Source of the DNA: an uncultured Dechloromonas sp.
Lineage (GTDB): Bacteria > Pseudomonadota > Gammaproteobacteria > Burkholderiales > Rhodocyclaceae
DNA length: 39,817 bases
Direction of reading: 5' to 3'
NCBI GenBank assembly: GCA_964604765.1
Contig: CAZSAE010000001.1
Location: 1-39,817 of the forward strand
Position 1 is the stretch's first letter; each line of letters starts with the position of its first letter. The translations under genes and the position numbers were made by a program. The notes beneath the pieces are model-generated. The model searched no databases. It was not told the origin of the DNA and saw only the letters and a list, made by a program, of their open reading frames with translations. Below are positions 1-12,551 of this stretch, piece by piece.

Positions 1-1
1 G

Positions 2-700
<699 letters not shown>

Positions 701-712
701 GTGCTTCTCTCT

Positions 713-2167
713 TTACACGAAGGCAGCCGGCGTGCGGCGATGCCAGTCGGTGGCTTGCTGATACTGGTGGGTAACGTTGAGCAGGCGGTGCTCGCTGAAG
801 TACGGGCCGATCAGCTGCATACCGACGGGCAAGCCGTTGATCTCGCCGCACGGGTGCGACAACGCCGGAATGCCGGCCAGGTTGACGCCGATGGTGTAGA
901 TATCCGACAGGTACATCTGCACGGGGTCGCCCGATTTCTCGCCGAACTTGAAGGCGGTGCCCGGCGTGGTCGGGCTGGCGATGACGTCGCACTGCTTGAA
1001 GGCTGCATCGAAGTCGTTGGCGATCAGACGGCGAATGCGTTGTGCCTGCAAATAATAAGCATCGTAGTAACCGTGCGACAGCACGTAGGTGCCGATGAGA
1101 ATGCGGCGCTTTACTTCTTCGCCGAAGCCCTGCGCACGCGACTTGGCGTACATGTCGTTGAGGTCGCTGTATTCCGGTGCGCGATAGCCATAACGGACAC
1201 CGTCGAAACGCGACAGGTTCGAGCTGGCTTCGGCCGGGGCGATCACGTAGTAGGCGGCGACCGATTGACCGATCGACGGCAGCGAGACTTCGACCGTCTC
1301 GGCACCCAGCTTGCGGTATTCGGCGAGTGCGGCGTCGATCGCGGCCATGGTGGCAGGGTCGCCGTCGGCGTTGAAGAATTCCTTAGGCAGACCGATGCGT
1401 AGGCCTTTCAGCGGCTGCGCCAGCGAGCGTGTGTAGTCCTCGTCCTCACGCTCGAGGCTGGTCGAATCCTTGGCATCAAAACCGGCGAAGGCGTTGAGGA
1501 GTAGGGCGCAGTCTTCTGCTGAATGCGCCATCGGCCCAGCTTGATCCAGCGACGATGCGAAGGCGATCATGCCCCAGCGTGACACCGTGCCGTACGACGG
1601 TTTGAGGCCGGTCAAGCCGCACAGCGCAGCCGGCTGACGGATCGAGCCGCCGGTATCGGTGCCGGTCACGGCGGGCGCCAGACGCGCAGCAACCGCAGCG
1701 GCCGAACCACCCGACGAACCCCCGGGTACGCGCTCGGTGTCCCACGGATTACGCACGGGACCGTAGTACGAAGTTTCGTTCGACGAGCCCATGGCGAACT
1801 CGTCCATATTCAGTTTGCCCAACGAGACGAGGCCGGCCTGAGTGCAGCGTTCAACCACGGTCGCGCTATACGGTGCGATGAAGTTTTCCAGCATGCGCGA
1901 ACCGCAGGTGGTGCGCCAGCCATCCTGACAGAAGATGTCTTTATGCGCGATGGGCACGCCGGTGAGCGGACCGGCATTGCCGGCAGCGCGTGCGGCGTCG
2001 GCGGCTTTGGCGGCAGCGCGCGACTTCTCTGCGTCGATGGTGACGAAGGCGTTGATCGTAGGATTGTGCTGGGCGATGCGACCGAGGAAGAGATCGGTCA
2101 GTTCCAAGCTAGAAACCTGTTTGGTTTCGAGCGCGCTGGCGAGTTCTCTGAGGCTGGCGTGGATCAT
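713..2167 (-). CDS. gatA: Amidotransferase subunit A
   Basis: Amidase signature ([33 protein letters not shown]), [24 protein letters not shown]; lies between gatC and gatB. Confidence 0.98.
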   Translation of the reverse strand: MIHASLRELASALETKQVSSLELTDLFLGRIAQHNPTINAFVTIDAEKSRAAAKAADAARAAGNAGPLTGVPIAHKDIFCQDGWRTTCGSRMLENFIAPYSATVVERCTQAGLVSLGKLNMDEFAMGSSNETSYYGPVRNPWDTERVPGGSSGGSAAAVAARLAPAVTGTDTGGSIRQPAALCGLTGLKPSYGTVSRWGMIAFASSLDQAGPMAHSAEDCALLLNAFAGFDAKDSTSLEREDEDYTRSLAQPLKGLRIGLPKEFFNADGDPATMAAIDAALAEYRKLGAETVEVSLPSIGQSVAAYYVIAPAEASSNLSRFDGVRYGYRAPEYSDLNDMYAKSRAQGFGEEVKRRILIGTYVLSHGYYDAYYLQAQRIRRLIANDFDAAFKQCDVIASPTTPGTAFKFGEKSGDPVQMYLSDIYTIGVNLAGIPALSHPCGEINGLPVGMQLIGPYFSEHRLLNVTHQYQQATDWHRRTPAAFV

Positions 2168-2457
2168 TCGATTACCTTCGGTACGAGGTAGAGGCCGGCT
2201 TCCGATTCAGGCGCCAGGGCCAGGCAGCGATCGCGTTGTTCGAGGCTGCCATCGGTGACCTTGTCTTCGCGCAGGCGTTGGCCGACGTCGCAGGCGTGCG
2301 CCATGGGCGCGATGCCGCTGGTATCGACCTGACGCATGTCGGCGATCATGCCGAAAATGTTGTCGAGGTGGCCGAGTGTGGCGTTGACCTGGTTCGGATC
2401 AAGCTCGATCCGGGCCAGTTTGGCCAGTCGTTGTACGTCTTCAGGGGTAAAAGCCAT
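2164..2457 (-). CDS. gatC: Amidotransferase subunit C
   Basis: [19 protein letters not shown]...LREDKVT...[17 protein letters not shown]. Start moved to ATG 2457 (97 aa); ATGA overlap with gatA. Confidence 0.95.
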   Translation of the reverse strand: MAFTPEDVQRLAKLARIELDPNQVNATLGHLDNIFGMIADMRQVDTSGIAPMAHACDVGQRLREDKVTDGSLEQRDRCLALAPESEAGLYLVPKVIE

Positions 2458-2744
2458 GATATGCGGCAGCAATATTGCGTTGATGGGGTGGTTTGTGTTG
2501 AATAGGCCGAGAAATACTCGGGAACATCGGTGAAGTTCGCCAAACTGCACATGGCCGACCGAGGGTCGGCGGGTTGCCCCGGGCGTTTGTGACGCGTTTG
2601 CTTCGAAAGGCGCAGCGCCTTCCAATATCCCCTTGAATTTGCGGTATTATACGCGGTTTAGTTGGCGGCTTGTCCGCTGGCTCGGCGCCCTCCGTTGCAG
2701 CGCAGCGCGAACCATGGTTCTGCGCGCCTCACAACCTTATTTGA

Positions 2745-3803
<1,059 letters not shown>

Positions 3804-3820
3804 TCGGACGGGCGTAGTCC

Positions 3821-4744
3821 ATGCCCGATTTCGAGCAGCAACCACCTCCGTTGTTCAAACAAGGGCCAGCACCGCTGGCCCTGTTGATTCTTTACGTCTG
3901 TACCTCGATCTCACTGCTGGTGCTGGATGATCGCTTTCGCTATCTGGAGCCGCTGCGGGGCATCGTGACGGAAGTCGTGTCGCCGCTGAAGAAAGTTGTG
4001 CAATGGCCGGTGGTGGCGTTGACCACGGTCGACGAATATGCGGTCACGCTGGATCAGGCGCAACGCGATAATGCGGCGCTACGTCAGGCGCGACTGATCG
4101 ATGCCGAACGCTTGCAGCGACTGGAAGTGCTCGAAGCCGAGAACCAGTTTCTGCGCAAGTTAGTGGAGACGCGTCGTTTGCTGGGCAGCCGTGTGCAACC
4201 GGCAAGCATTCTGTACAGCGCGCGCGACCCATTCAATCGGCGCGTCGTTTTGGATCGCGGCACGGATGCGGGTGTCATCGAAGGCCAGCCGGTGGTCGAT
4301 GATCAGGGCGTGGTGGGGCAAGTCACCCGGGTGGCGCCCGAGCATGCCGAAGTCACGCTACTCACCGATCGCAATCAGTCGATTCCGGCGCAGGTGGTGC
4401 GCAACGGTTTGCGCACAGTGGTTTTCGGAACGGGCGATGGTCGACTGGAAATGCGTTACATGTCGTCGAATGCCGATGTGCAGGTTGGCGACTGGATCGT
4501 TACCTCCGGTATCGACGGTATCTATCCGCGTGGCCTGAAGGTCGGCAAGGTCGAGAGTTTGGAAAGCGATCCCAACGGCATCTTCTCGCGGTTTATTCTG
4601 ACGCCGGCGGCAGGTATGGGTCGTTACGGCGAAGTGCTGTTGCTCGAACCGGTGACGTTGCCAACCGAGCGACCGGCCAGCCTGGATCGCAAGACCGAAC
4701 AGCAGGCTACTACCTTCAGCAAGAAGAAGCGTAAGGCGCAGTAA
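3821..4744 (+). CDS. mreC: Rod shape-determining protein MreC
   Basis: N-terminal TM helix, coiled coil (LEAENQFLRKL), LDRGTDAGV, GVVGQV, VTSGIDGIYPRGLKVG; follows mreB. Confidence 0.95.
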   Translation: MPDFEQQPPPLFKQGPAPLALLILYVCTSISLLVLDDRFRYLEPLRGIVTEVVSPLKKVVQWPVVALTTVDEYAVTLDQAQRDNAALRQARLIDAERLQRLEVLEAENQFLRKLVETRRLLGSRVQPASILYSARDPFNRRVVLDRGTDAGVIEGQPVVDDQGVVGQVTRVAPEHAEVTLLTDRNQSIPAQVVRNGLRTVVFGTGDGRLEMRYMSSNADVQVGDWIVTSGIDGIYPRGLKVGKVESLESDPNGIFSRFILTPAAGMGRYGEVLLLEPVTLPTERPASLDRKTEQQATTFSKKKRKAQ

Positions 4745-5265
4745 TGCAGATCAACTTCCAGTCTTCCCGTCTGTTGCGCCCGGCGCGCCCGGGTTTTATC
4801 CGGTTGACACTGATCGTCGCATTTCTGCTCAATCTGCTGCCGACATCCTTTTGGCCGCTCTTTCCAGAATGGGTGATGCTGGTCGTACTGTTCTGGTCGA
4901 TTCGTGCCCCGTTGATCGTGGGTACGGGCACTGCATTCATCCTCGGACTGCTCATGGACGTCGTGGACGGTAGTCTGATGGGGCAGCATGCCCTGGCCTA
5001 CGTGCTGATTTCGTACGCCGGTCGCGTCTTGTCGGGACGCATACTCTGGTTGCCACTCAAGCAGCAAATCATGCATGTCCTGCCGATTATGCTGGCGGGC
5101 GCACTGCTTGAAGTACTGGTACGCTGGTTCGCCGGCGATGAATTCCCCGGCTACCTCTATCTGGCGCAACCGCTGGTGACTGCAGCGCTCTGGGGACCAG
5201 CCACCTATGGGCTCATGCTGCCCCAGTTCCTGAGTAAGGATCGGGACTACGAACGTCCGATCTGA
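4744..5265 (+). CDS. mreD: Rod shape-determining protein MreD
   Basis: Hydrophobic 173-aa protein with GLLMDVVDGSLMGQHALAY; TAATG overlap with mreC. Confidence 0.93.
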   Translation: MQINFQSSRLLRPARPGFIRLTLIVAFLLNLLPTSFWPLFPEWVMLVVLFWSIRAPLIVGTGTAFILGLLMDVVDGSLMGQHALAYVLISYAGRVLSGRILWLPLKQQIMHVLPIMLAGALLEVLVRWFAGDEFPGYLYLAQPLVTAALWGPATYGLMLPQFLSKDRDYERPI

Positions 5266-5270
5266 CACGC

Positions 5271-7298
5271 ATGTCTTATTTCGACGATCAGGACGCAGGC
5301 AAACGCTTTCAGGGGCGGTTGGGCACGGCATCGGTACTGATGCTGGTGGCGTTCTTTGCCTTGATCCTGCGCTTCTTCTGGCTTGGTGTGGTGCAACATG
5401 GCTATTACCAGACGCGGGCCGAAGACAACCGGTTGGCGCTGGTCCCTGTGGTGCCTAACCGCGGACTGATTCTTGACCGAAACGGCGTACTAATGGCAAC
5501 GAATACCTCGGCTTATACGCTGGAGGTGGTTCCGGGACTGGCCGGAAACATTGACGAGACCATCGAGGGGTTGTCGAAGGTGGTCACCATCGAAGGCAAG
5601 GACAAGCGCCGTTTCAAGCAGCTGTTACGCGAAGCCAAAACTTTTGAATCGATTCCACTGCGTTCGCGCTTGAGTGAAGAGGAAGTCGCCCGCTTTGCCG
5701 CGCACCGCTATCAATTTCCCGGTGTTGAGGTGCGGGCGCGCCTTTTCCGCAGTTATCCGCTGGGTGAAACGGCATCGCACGCGCTCGGTTATATGGGGCG
5801 GATCAACACCAAAGATCTGGAGCGCATCGACGAGGAAGGGCAAGCGGCCAACTATCGCGGCACCGATCACATCGGCAAGACGGGGCTGGAGCAGCGCTAC
5901 GAATTTGAGATGCACGGCGTCAGCGGCTTTGAGAGTGTCGAAGTGGATGCCGGTGGTCGCGGTATTCGCGTGCTGTCGCGCACGCCGCCGATCTCAGGAA
6001 ATAATCTCAACCTGACGATTGATGCCCGCCTGCAGCAAGTCGCCGAACAGGCCTTTGGCAAACGCCGCGGCGCACTCGTCGCGATCGACCCTGAGAACGG
6101 CGAGATCCTCGCGCTGGTTTCGATGCCGACCTATGATCCGAATCTGTTCGTTGATGGCATTCGCAGTGACGACTGGGATGTGCTCAACACCGATATCAAC
6201 AAACCGTTGCTGAACCGGGCGATCTACGGCGCCTATCCGCCGGGATCGACCTTCAAGCCATTCATGGCGCTGGGTGCGCTGACGGTTGGTAAGCGCACGC
6301 CACAACAGGCGATCAGCGACCCAGGATATTTCAACTTCGGCAACCACACCTTCCGCGACGACAAAAAAGGCGGACACGGCATGGTCAACATGTATACGTC
6401 GATCGTGCATTCCTGCGATACGTATTACTACATGCTAGCCAACGAGTGGGGCATCGATGGTTTGTCCAACTTTATGGGACGCCTGGGCTTCGGGAGTAAA
6501 ACCGGTATTGATATCGATGGTGAGGCCAAGGGCGTGCTGCCGTCGCCGGCCTGGAAAGAGCGTCGGTTCAAACGTCCGGAGCAGCAAAAATGGTACGCCG
6601 GTGAAACCGTTTCCATCGGCATCGGTCAGGGTTACAACTCATACACGATGCTTCAATTAGCGCAGGCAACCGCGATATTGGCCAATAATGGTATCGGGTA
6701 TAAACCGCATCTGGTGCGGAGTATTACCGATGCGCAGACGGGACAAGTGCGCGCCATGCCGCTGGAAAAAACGCATGACGCTAATCTGAAACCAGAGCAC
6801 GTCGAGGTAATTCGCCATGCGATGATTGGTGTGAACAAAGAAGGCACCAGTGCACGCGCCTTTGCCGGTGCCAAGTACGTTGCAGCGGGCAAGACGGGCA
6901 CCGCTCAGGTGTTTAGCCTCAAAGGCGGCACCTATTCGCACGGCGGCACGAAAGAGTTTCTGCGCGACCATGCGTTGTTTATTGCTTTTGCACCAGCGGA
7001 CAAACCCAAGATCGCATTGGCTGTGGTCGTGGAGAACGCCGGTTTCGGTGCGCAGTCGGCGGCGCCGATCACGCGCCAGGTATTTGATTACTATTTACAG
7101 GGCATTGTGCCGAAGGGCCCGGCACCAGATGCGCCCGGCGAGCCGGAGCCCGAGCGACGCGATGCGGCGTTGTATGCCGATCCACTGAACGACGATCATG
7201 ATGCACTGCTTGGTTTGAGCGCGCCTAACGAACCATCAGGCCCGTTTGCCCGTATGCCGGCCGCAAAAGATGCGTTGCCAGCAAGGAAAAAACCATGA
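5271..7298 (+). CDS. mrdA: Penicillin-binding protein 2
   Basis: PNRGLILDRNG dimerisation-domain motif; transpeptidase motifs STFK, SCD and KTG; located in the mre operon. Confidence 0.97.
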   Translation: MSYFDDQDAGKRFQGRLGTASVLMLVAFFALILRFFWLGVVQHGYYQTRAEDNRLALVPVVPNRGLILDRNGVLMATNTSAYTLEVVPGLAGNIDETIEGLSKVVTIEGKDKRRFKQLLREAKTFESIPLRSRLSEEEVARFAAHRYQFPGVEVRARLFRSYPLGETASHALGYMGRINTKDLERIDEEGQAANYRGTDHIGKTGLEQRYEFEMHGVSGFESVEVDAGGRGIRVLSRTPPISGNNLNLTIDARLQQVAEQAFGKRRGALVAIDPENGEILALVSMPTYDPNLFVDGIRSDDWDVLNTDINKPLLNRAIYGAYPPGSTFKPFMALGALTVGKRTPQQAISDPGYFNFGNHTFRDDKKGGHGMVNMYTSIVHSCDTYYYMLANEWGIDGLSNFMGRLGFGSKTGIDIDGEAKGVLPSPAWKERRFKRPEQQKWYAGETVSIGIGQGYNSYTMLQLAQATAILANNGIGYKPHLVRSITDAQTGQVRAMPLEKTHDANLKPEHVEVIRHAMIGVNKEGTSARAFAGAKYVAAGKTGTAQVFSLKGGTYSHGGTKEFLRDHALFIAFAPADKPKIALAVVVENAGFGAQSAAPITRQVFDYYLQGIVPKGPAPDAPGEPEPERRDAALYADPLNDDHDALLGLSAPNEPSGPFARMPAAKDALPARKKP

Positions 7299-8398
7299 GT
7301 CGCTCGATCAATTGGCGTGGCATGTTGCAACCGTGGATCGAACATGTCGATGTGCCGTTGCTCAGAATCACCGGCTTGCTCATGCTGGTGGGGTTACTCA
7401 CCGTTTTTTCAGCGACTTGGTCGGGCCAAGAACGCATGCCATCGCAGTTTTTCAATATGACGGCCGCGTTGACACTCATGTTCGTCGTGGCGCGCATTCC
7501 GCCGCAACGGCTCATGCAACTGGCGTGGCCCATGTATCTGTTCGGACTCGTCCTTCTGGTGCTGGTCATGTTGTTCGGCATCAAGGTGAACGGAGCCAAA
7601 CGCTGGTTGTCGCTGGGTTTCACCCGCATCCAGCCCTCCGAGATCATGAAAATCGCCATGCCTCTGGCGATGGCTTGGTATTTTCATCACTTCGAGAACC
7701 GCCGCTGGTTCACGAAGTATCTGGGCGCCCTGCTGCTGTTACTGATTCCGTCGGCGCTCATCGCCAAGCAGCCGGATCTGGGTACGGCGATCCTGGTTTT
7801 TTCGGCAGGTTTTTACGTGATCTTCCTGGCCGGTTTGTCGTGGTGGGTGATCGGTGGGCTCACACTGGCCGGCGCGGCGGTGGCGCCGTTTGCCTGGAAC
7901 TTTCTGCATGACTATCAACAGAAACGCATTCTGACGCTGATCGATCCGACGACCGACCCGCTCGGCTCGGGCTATCACATCATTCAATCAACGATTGCGA
8001 TTGGTTCTGGCGGCGTCATCGGCAAAGGCTACATGAGCGGCACGCAGGGGCAGCTGGAGTTCATTCCCGAGAAGCATACGGACTTTATCTTCGCGGTCTT
8101 TGCCGAGGAATGGGGACTGATCGGCAATGTGATTCTGGTCGTGCTTTACGGCTTCCTGATTGAGCGTGGCTTGCGCATCTCGCTGCGGGCAAGTACGACC
8201 TTCAATCGATTGCTGGCCGGCGCCATCACGATGGGATTCTTTACCTATGCCTTCGTCAATATGGGGATGGTGTCGGGCATCCTGCCGGTGGTCGGCGTGC
8301 CATTACCGTTTATCAGCTACGGCGGTACGGCGCTGGTGACACTGTGTACCGGACTGGGTATTCTCATGAGTATTGAAACGCACCGGACGAACCGTTGA
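7295..8398 (+). CDS. rodA: SEDS peptidoglycan glycosyltransferase RodA
   Basis: GAKRWL, IQPSE, KQPDLGTA, PEKHTDFIF and LPFISYGGT motifs; ATGA overlap with mrdA. Confidence 0.97.
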   Translation: MSRSINWRGMLQPWIEHVDVPLLRITGLLMLVGLLTVFSATWSGQERMPSQFFNMTAALTLMFVVARIPPQRLMQLAWPMYLFGLVLLVLVMLFGIKVNGAKRWLSLGFTRIQPSEIMKIAMPLAMAWYFHHFENRRWFTKYLGALLLLLIPSALIAKQPDLGTAILVFSAGFYVIFLAGLSWWVIGGLTLAGAAVAPFAWNFLHDYQQKRILTLIDPTTDPLGSGYHIIQSTIAIGSGGVIGKGYMSGTQGQLEFIPEKHTDFIFAVFAEEWGLIGNVILVVLYGFLIERGLRISLRASTTFNRLLAGAITMGFFTYAFVNMGMVSGILPVVGVPLPFISYGGTALVTLCTGLGILMSIETHRTNR

Positions 8399-9369
8399 TG
8401 AAAATGCGTGCCGCTGTTTATCTGCCACTCGCGCTCATGTTGAGCACCGGTCTATTGAGCGGTTGCTCAAGTACGGGAAGTCGCAAACCAGTGGCCAGTC
8501 AGGCCAACGGCGGCTATGTCATGAAGCCTTATGCTCGCAAAGGCGGCGGCTTTTATAAAGACGATGGACTGCCGGCGCAGATTCCGGAAAATATCGACCA
8601 GATTCCGAACGCGACACCACGCCCGGAGCCCTTGCGCAAGGCGGCCAACCGGCCCTATACAGTTCTGGGCCGCAGCTACACGCCGATGACCGAATTGAAG
8701 CCGTTCTCCGAACAGGGCATCGGTAGCTGGTATGGCACCAAGTTCAATGGTCTCAAAACATCGAACGGCGACACCTACGACATGTTTGCCATGACGGCGG
8801 CACACCCGACGCTGCCATTGCCGTCGTATGTGCGCGTGACGAATCTGCAGAACAGCCGAAGCGTGATTGTGCGCGTCAATGATCGTGGTCCCTTCCATGA
8901 TGGGCGCGTGATTGACCTCTCATTTACGGCGGCTTACAAACTGGGGTATGTCGATCAGGGCAGCAGCCGGGTGCGGGTCGATTTGATCATTCCCGACGCA
9001 GCGTCGGGCATGACATATGCCGACGTCAGCAAGGATGCGCTTGCCGCGTCGGATGCGAAGCTCGATGACAAGACCCGTTATGGTGAGGAAATCCCGAAAC
9101 CGGGGACCTATGTCCAAATGGGCGCCTTTCAGAATGGCTTCAACGCGCAGGTGCTGCGCAATCACCTGCTGCGCGAGCTGGACTGGATGACGGCAGACAA
9201 AGTCCATGTTTATGCCGAACTGCCATGGCATCGCGTTCAAGTGGGACCGTTTGCCAACCGCGCCGAAGCTGAAGCCGTACAAACCAAAATTCGCGATGCG
9301 CTGGGCGGCCAACCGCACATCGCCATCCGTCCCGATCGAGTTGCGGGCGCCGCGCAGTCTACCCACTGA
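8398..9369 (+). CDS. rlpA: Septal ring lytic transglycosylase lipoprotein RlpA (DPBB + SPOR)
   Basis: Lipobox LSGC; GIGSWYG, TAAHPTLPLPS, VRVNDRGPF, IDLSF; C-terminal SPOR domain (YVQMGAF...RVQVGPF). ATG 8398 overlaps the rodA TGA. Confidence 0.95.
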   Translation: MKMRAAVYLPLALMLSTGLLSGCSSTGSRKPVASQANGGYVMKPYARKGGGFYKDDGLPAQIPENIDQIPNATPRPEPLRKAANRPYTVLGRSYTPMTELKPFSEQGIGSWYGTKFNGLKTSNGDTYDMFAMTAAHPTLPLPSYVRVTNLQNSRSVIVRVNDRGPFHDGRVIDLSFTAAYKLGYVDQGSSRVRVDLIIPDAASGMTYADVSKDALAASDAKLDDKTRYGEEIPKPGTYVQMGAFQNGFNAQVLRNHLLRELDWMTADKVHVYAELPWHRVQVGPFANRAEAEAVQTKIRDALGGQPHIAIRPDRVAGAAQSTH

Positions 9370-9380
9370 GGAATATCCGC

Positions 9381-9680
9381 ATGACCACATATGAGTTGCC
9401 CAAGGAACCCGTTGGTAGTGGCGCCGAAACGCTACTCGAATTCCCCTGCGACTTTCCCCTCAAGATCATGGGCCTCGCGCAGGACAATCTGGCACAGGAA
9501 GTGCTGAAGGTGATTCACCAGTTCGCGCCGGATTATGACGGCAAGAATATGGAAATGCGCGCTTCGAGTTCCGGCAAGTACGTCAGTCTGACCTGCACCG
9601 TCAATGCGCACTCGAAAGCGCAACTCGACGATCTGTATCGCGCACTGACCAGTCACGCTTTGGTCAAGGTCGTGCTCTAA
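9381..9680 (+). CDS. ybeD: YbeD/DUF493 family protein
   Basis: LLEFPCDFPLKIMG, SSSGKYVSLT, QLDDLYRALTSH; upstream of lipB; GAGG RBS. Confidence 0.93.
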   Translation: MTTYELPKEPVGSGAETLLEFPCDFPLKIMGLAQDNLAQEVLKVIHQFAPDYDGKNMEMRASSSGKYVSLTCTVNAHSKAQLDDLYRALTSHALVKVVL

Positions 9681-9685
9681 GCACC

Positions 9686-10318
9686 ATGCCCGCGTTGCAT
9701 ATTCGTCGCCTCGGCCAGGTGCCCTATGAACCCACCTGGCAGGCCATGCGTGAACAGACGCTGGCGCGGGCAGGCGACGCGGGTGCAAACATCGCGGATG
9801 AATTGTGGCTGGTCGAACATCCACCGGTGTTTACCCAAGGCCAAGCCGGCAAGCCCGAGCACGTGCTGCGCGACATCGGCATTCCCGTCGTGCCTATCGA
9901 TCGGGGTGGGCAAATTACCTATCATGGCCCGGGTCAGGTGGTGGTCTACCTTTTGTTGGATCTCCAGCGTCGTCATCTGAAGGTGCGCGAACTGGTGAAG
10001 CTCATCGAGCAGGCGGTTATTGATTTGTTGGCCGAACACCAGGTGACGGCAGTCAGGCACGACGGCGCACCGGGCGTGTATGTGGGCGACGCAAAGGTGG
10101 CTGCGTTGGGGCTCCGCGTGCGCAATGGCTGCTGCTACCACGGCGTGAGCTTGAATGTGGATATGGACCTGTCACCGTTTGCGGCGATTAACCCCTGTGG
10201 ATACGAGGGTTTGGCAGTCACCCAACTGCGCGACTTGGGTGTTAACCTAACACCTTTGGCGGCAGGCGAAGCCCTGTTGACGCATTTGCAGAAACAACTG
10301 GAGATATCCCATGGCTGA
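9686..10318 (+). CDS. lipB: Octanoyltransferase LipB
   Basis: [34 protein letters not shown]. Confidence 0.97.
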   Translation: MPALHIRRLGQVPYEPTWQAMREQTLARAGDAGANIADELWLVEHPPVFTQGQAGKPEHVLRDIGIPVVPIDRGGQITYHGPGQVVVYLLLDLQRRHLKVRELVKLIEQAVIDLLAEHQVTAVRHDGAPGVYVGDAKVAALGLRVRNGCCYHGVSLNVDMDLSPFAAINPCGYEGLAVTQLRDLGVNLTPLAAGEALLTHLQKQLEISHG

Positions 10319-11252
10319 CGCCGGGGTCAAACAAAAAGGCGAACTTAAAACGGCACGGATCCCGATCAAGATCGTGCCGCAGGAGGCTTTGCGCAAACCG
10401 GACTGGATCCGCGTCAAAGCCGGAAACGATGCCGGCCGTTTTGGCGAAATCAAGAAGATGCTGCGTGAGCAGAAGCTGCACACGGTTTGTGAAGAGGCGG
10501 CTTGCCCGAATATCGGCGAGTGCTTCGGTCGCGGCACAGCGACCTTCATGATCCTCGGTGATATCTGTACGCGCCGTTGCCCGTTTTGCGATGTCGGGCA
10601 TGGCAAACCGTTGCCACCGGATATCGATGAACCACGTCATCTGGCCGAATCAGTGGCCAATCTCAAACTGCGTTATGTGGTCATTACCAGCGTCGATCGC
10701 GATGACCTACGCGACGGTGGTGCCCAGCATTTCGTCGATGTGATTCGCGCCGTGCGCGAAGCATCGCCGACGACGACCATCGAAGTGCTGGTGCCAGACT
10801 TCCGGGGGCGCATGGAGATCGCGCTGGAAATCTTCGGCCAGGCGTTGCCCGACGTCATGAACCACAACCTGGAGACGGTGCCGCGTCTTTACAAACAGGC
10901 ACGCCCCGGCGCCGATTACGCGCACTCGCTGAATTTCCTGAAGGCGTTCAAGGAACGTTATCCCGATATCCCCACGAAGTCGGGGTTGATGGTGGGACTC
11001 GGCGAAACCGACGAGGAAATCATCGAAGAGCTTAAGGACATGCGTGCCCACAACATCGATTTATTGACGATCGGTCAGTATCTGGCGCCATCGAATCACC
11101 ATTTACCGGTGCAGCGTTATGTGCACCCGGATACCTTCAAGCGCTTCGAGAGTGAAGCATTGGCGATGGGTTTCAGCGGTGCGGCATGCGGCCCAATGGT
11201 GCGGTCCAGCTACTGGGCCGATCAGCAGGCGCACACCGCCGGCGTCGTCTAA
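10311..11252 (+). CDS. lipA: Lipoyl synthase (radical SAM)
   Basis: [12 protein letters not shown] auxiliary-cluster motif, CTRRCPFC radical-SAM motif, RSSY. Confidence 0.98.
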   Translation: MADAGVKQKGELKTARIPIKIVPQEALRKPDWIRVKAGNDAGRFGEIKKMLREQKLHTVCEEAACPNIGECFGRGTATFMILGDICTRRCPFCDVGHGKPLPPDIDEPRHLAESVANLKLRYVVITSVDRDDLRDGGAQHFVDVIRAVREASPTTTIEVLVPDFRGRMEIALEIFGQALPDVMNHNLETVPRLYKQARPGADYAHSLNFLKAFKERYPDIPTKSGLMVGLGETDEEIIEELKDMRAHNIDLLTIGQYLAPSNHHLPVQRYVHPDTFKRFESEALAMGFSGAACGPMVRSSYWADQQAHTAGVV

Positions 11253-12499
11253 GCGTCGCCGTATCCGACGTGAGGCACCGGCAGTGCCGGCGCAAGGTTA
11301 TTTCCGCTGACCGGTTTGACGCGGCTTGCACATTCTTTGGCGCGAACCCGGGCCTCGTCTGTGTCCTGGCCGTTAGCCAAAGCCACACCCATGCGCCGGC
11401 GCTCAAAACTTTCCGGCTTGCCGAACAGACGCAGATCGCTATCGGGTACCTGTAAAGCGTGGGCGACGCCCTCAAAGGCGATGCCCGCCTCTTCGAGCCC
11501 GCCATAGATTACGGCGGAAGCACCCGGCTGGCGACAACGCGTATCGACTGGCAGACCCAGAATGGCACGGGCGTGCAGTTCGAATTCGGACTGGCGCTGC
11601 GTGCACAACGTGACTAAACCGGTATCGTGCGGACGCGGGCTGACTTCGGAAAACCAGACATCGTCGCCCTTGATGAACAGCTCGACGCCGAAAATGCCTC
11701 GGCCCCCCAGATTATCAGTCACGGCCTTGGCGATCTCGCGTGAGCGTGCGATGGCCTTGGCCGACATCGGCATCGGCTGCCAGGATTCGACATAGTCGCC
11801 TTTCATCTGGACGTGGCCGATCGGGTCACAGAAAAATGTTTCGACCTCGCCCGAAGCGCCGATAGCACGCACGGTGAGCTGAGTGATTTCATAGTCGAAA
11901 TCGATCATGCCTTCGACAATCACACGACCCTGATTGACGCGACCCCCGGCCGCAGCGTAATCCCAGGCGGCTTGCACCTCACTCGGCGCGTGCAGCATCG
12001 ACTGCCCCTTGCCCGATGATGACATGACGGGCTTGATAAAACAGGGATAGCCAATTGCATCGATGGCGGCCTGCATTTCTGCCAGAGAATCGGCAAAATG
12101 ATACGGCGAGGTCGGCAAGTGCAGCACTTCGGCGGCGAGGCGACGGATGCCTTCGCGGTTCATCGTCAGTTGTGCGGCGCGTGCCGTCGGGATGACTTCC
12201 GCCAGTTTTTCACGCTCGATTTCAACGAGCATATCGGTGGCGATTGCTTCGATTTCCGGAACGATCAAGTCGGGCTGCTCTTCCAAGACGAGCGCTTTTA
12301 AAGCGGCGCCATCCGTCATGTTGATGACGTGCGAACGATGCGCTACCTGCATGCCCGGCGCACCCGCATAGCGATCGACACCGATCACTTCGACGCCGAG
12401 GCGTTGCAAGGCGATGATGACCTCCTTGCCGAGTTCGCCACAGCCGAGCATCATGACGCGCAGGGCGCTGGGGGAGTTAGGCGTGCCGAAACGAAACAT
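11249..12499 (-). CDS. purT: Formate-dependent phosphoribosylglycinamide formyltransferase
   Basis: [45 protein letters not shown]. Start moved to ATG 12499 (MFRFGTP), with AGGA RBS. Confidence 0.96.
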   Translation of the reverse strand: MFRFGTPNSPSALRVMMLGCGELGKEVIIALQRLGVEVIGVDRYAGAPGMQVAHRSHVINMTDGAALKALVLEEQPDLIVPEIEAIATDMLVEIEREKLAEVIPTARAAQLTMNREGIRRLAAEVLHLPTSPYHFADSLAEMQAAIDAIGYPCFIKPVMSSSGKGQSMLHAPSEVQAAWDYAAAGGRVNQGRVIVEGMIDFDYEITQLTVRAIGASGEVETFFCDPIGHVQMKGDYVESWQPMPMSAKAIARSREIAKAVTDNLGGRGIFGVELFIKGDDVWFSEVSPRPHDTGLVTLCTQRQSEFELHARAILGLPVDTRCRQPGASAVIYGGLEEAGIAFEGVAHALQVPDSDLRLFGKPESFERRRMGVALANGQDTDEARVRAKECASRVKPVSGNNLAPALPVPHVGYGDA

Positions 12500-12551
12500 G
12501 GTGTGAATCCTGGAGAACGGAAAAGGCGCGTGAGACGGGTGGGGGATGATA

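Noticed and set aside
2458-2625. Upstream-extended starts in the ORF track (gatC, purT, ribH, ribB, symporter, pcm, pfkB kinase, NTase-like gene)
   Set aside because: Downstream ATGs give family-typical N-termini together with an RBS or a stop/start overlap in most cases.
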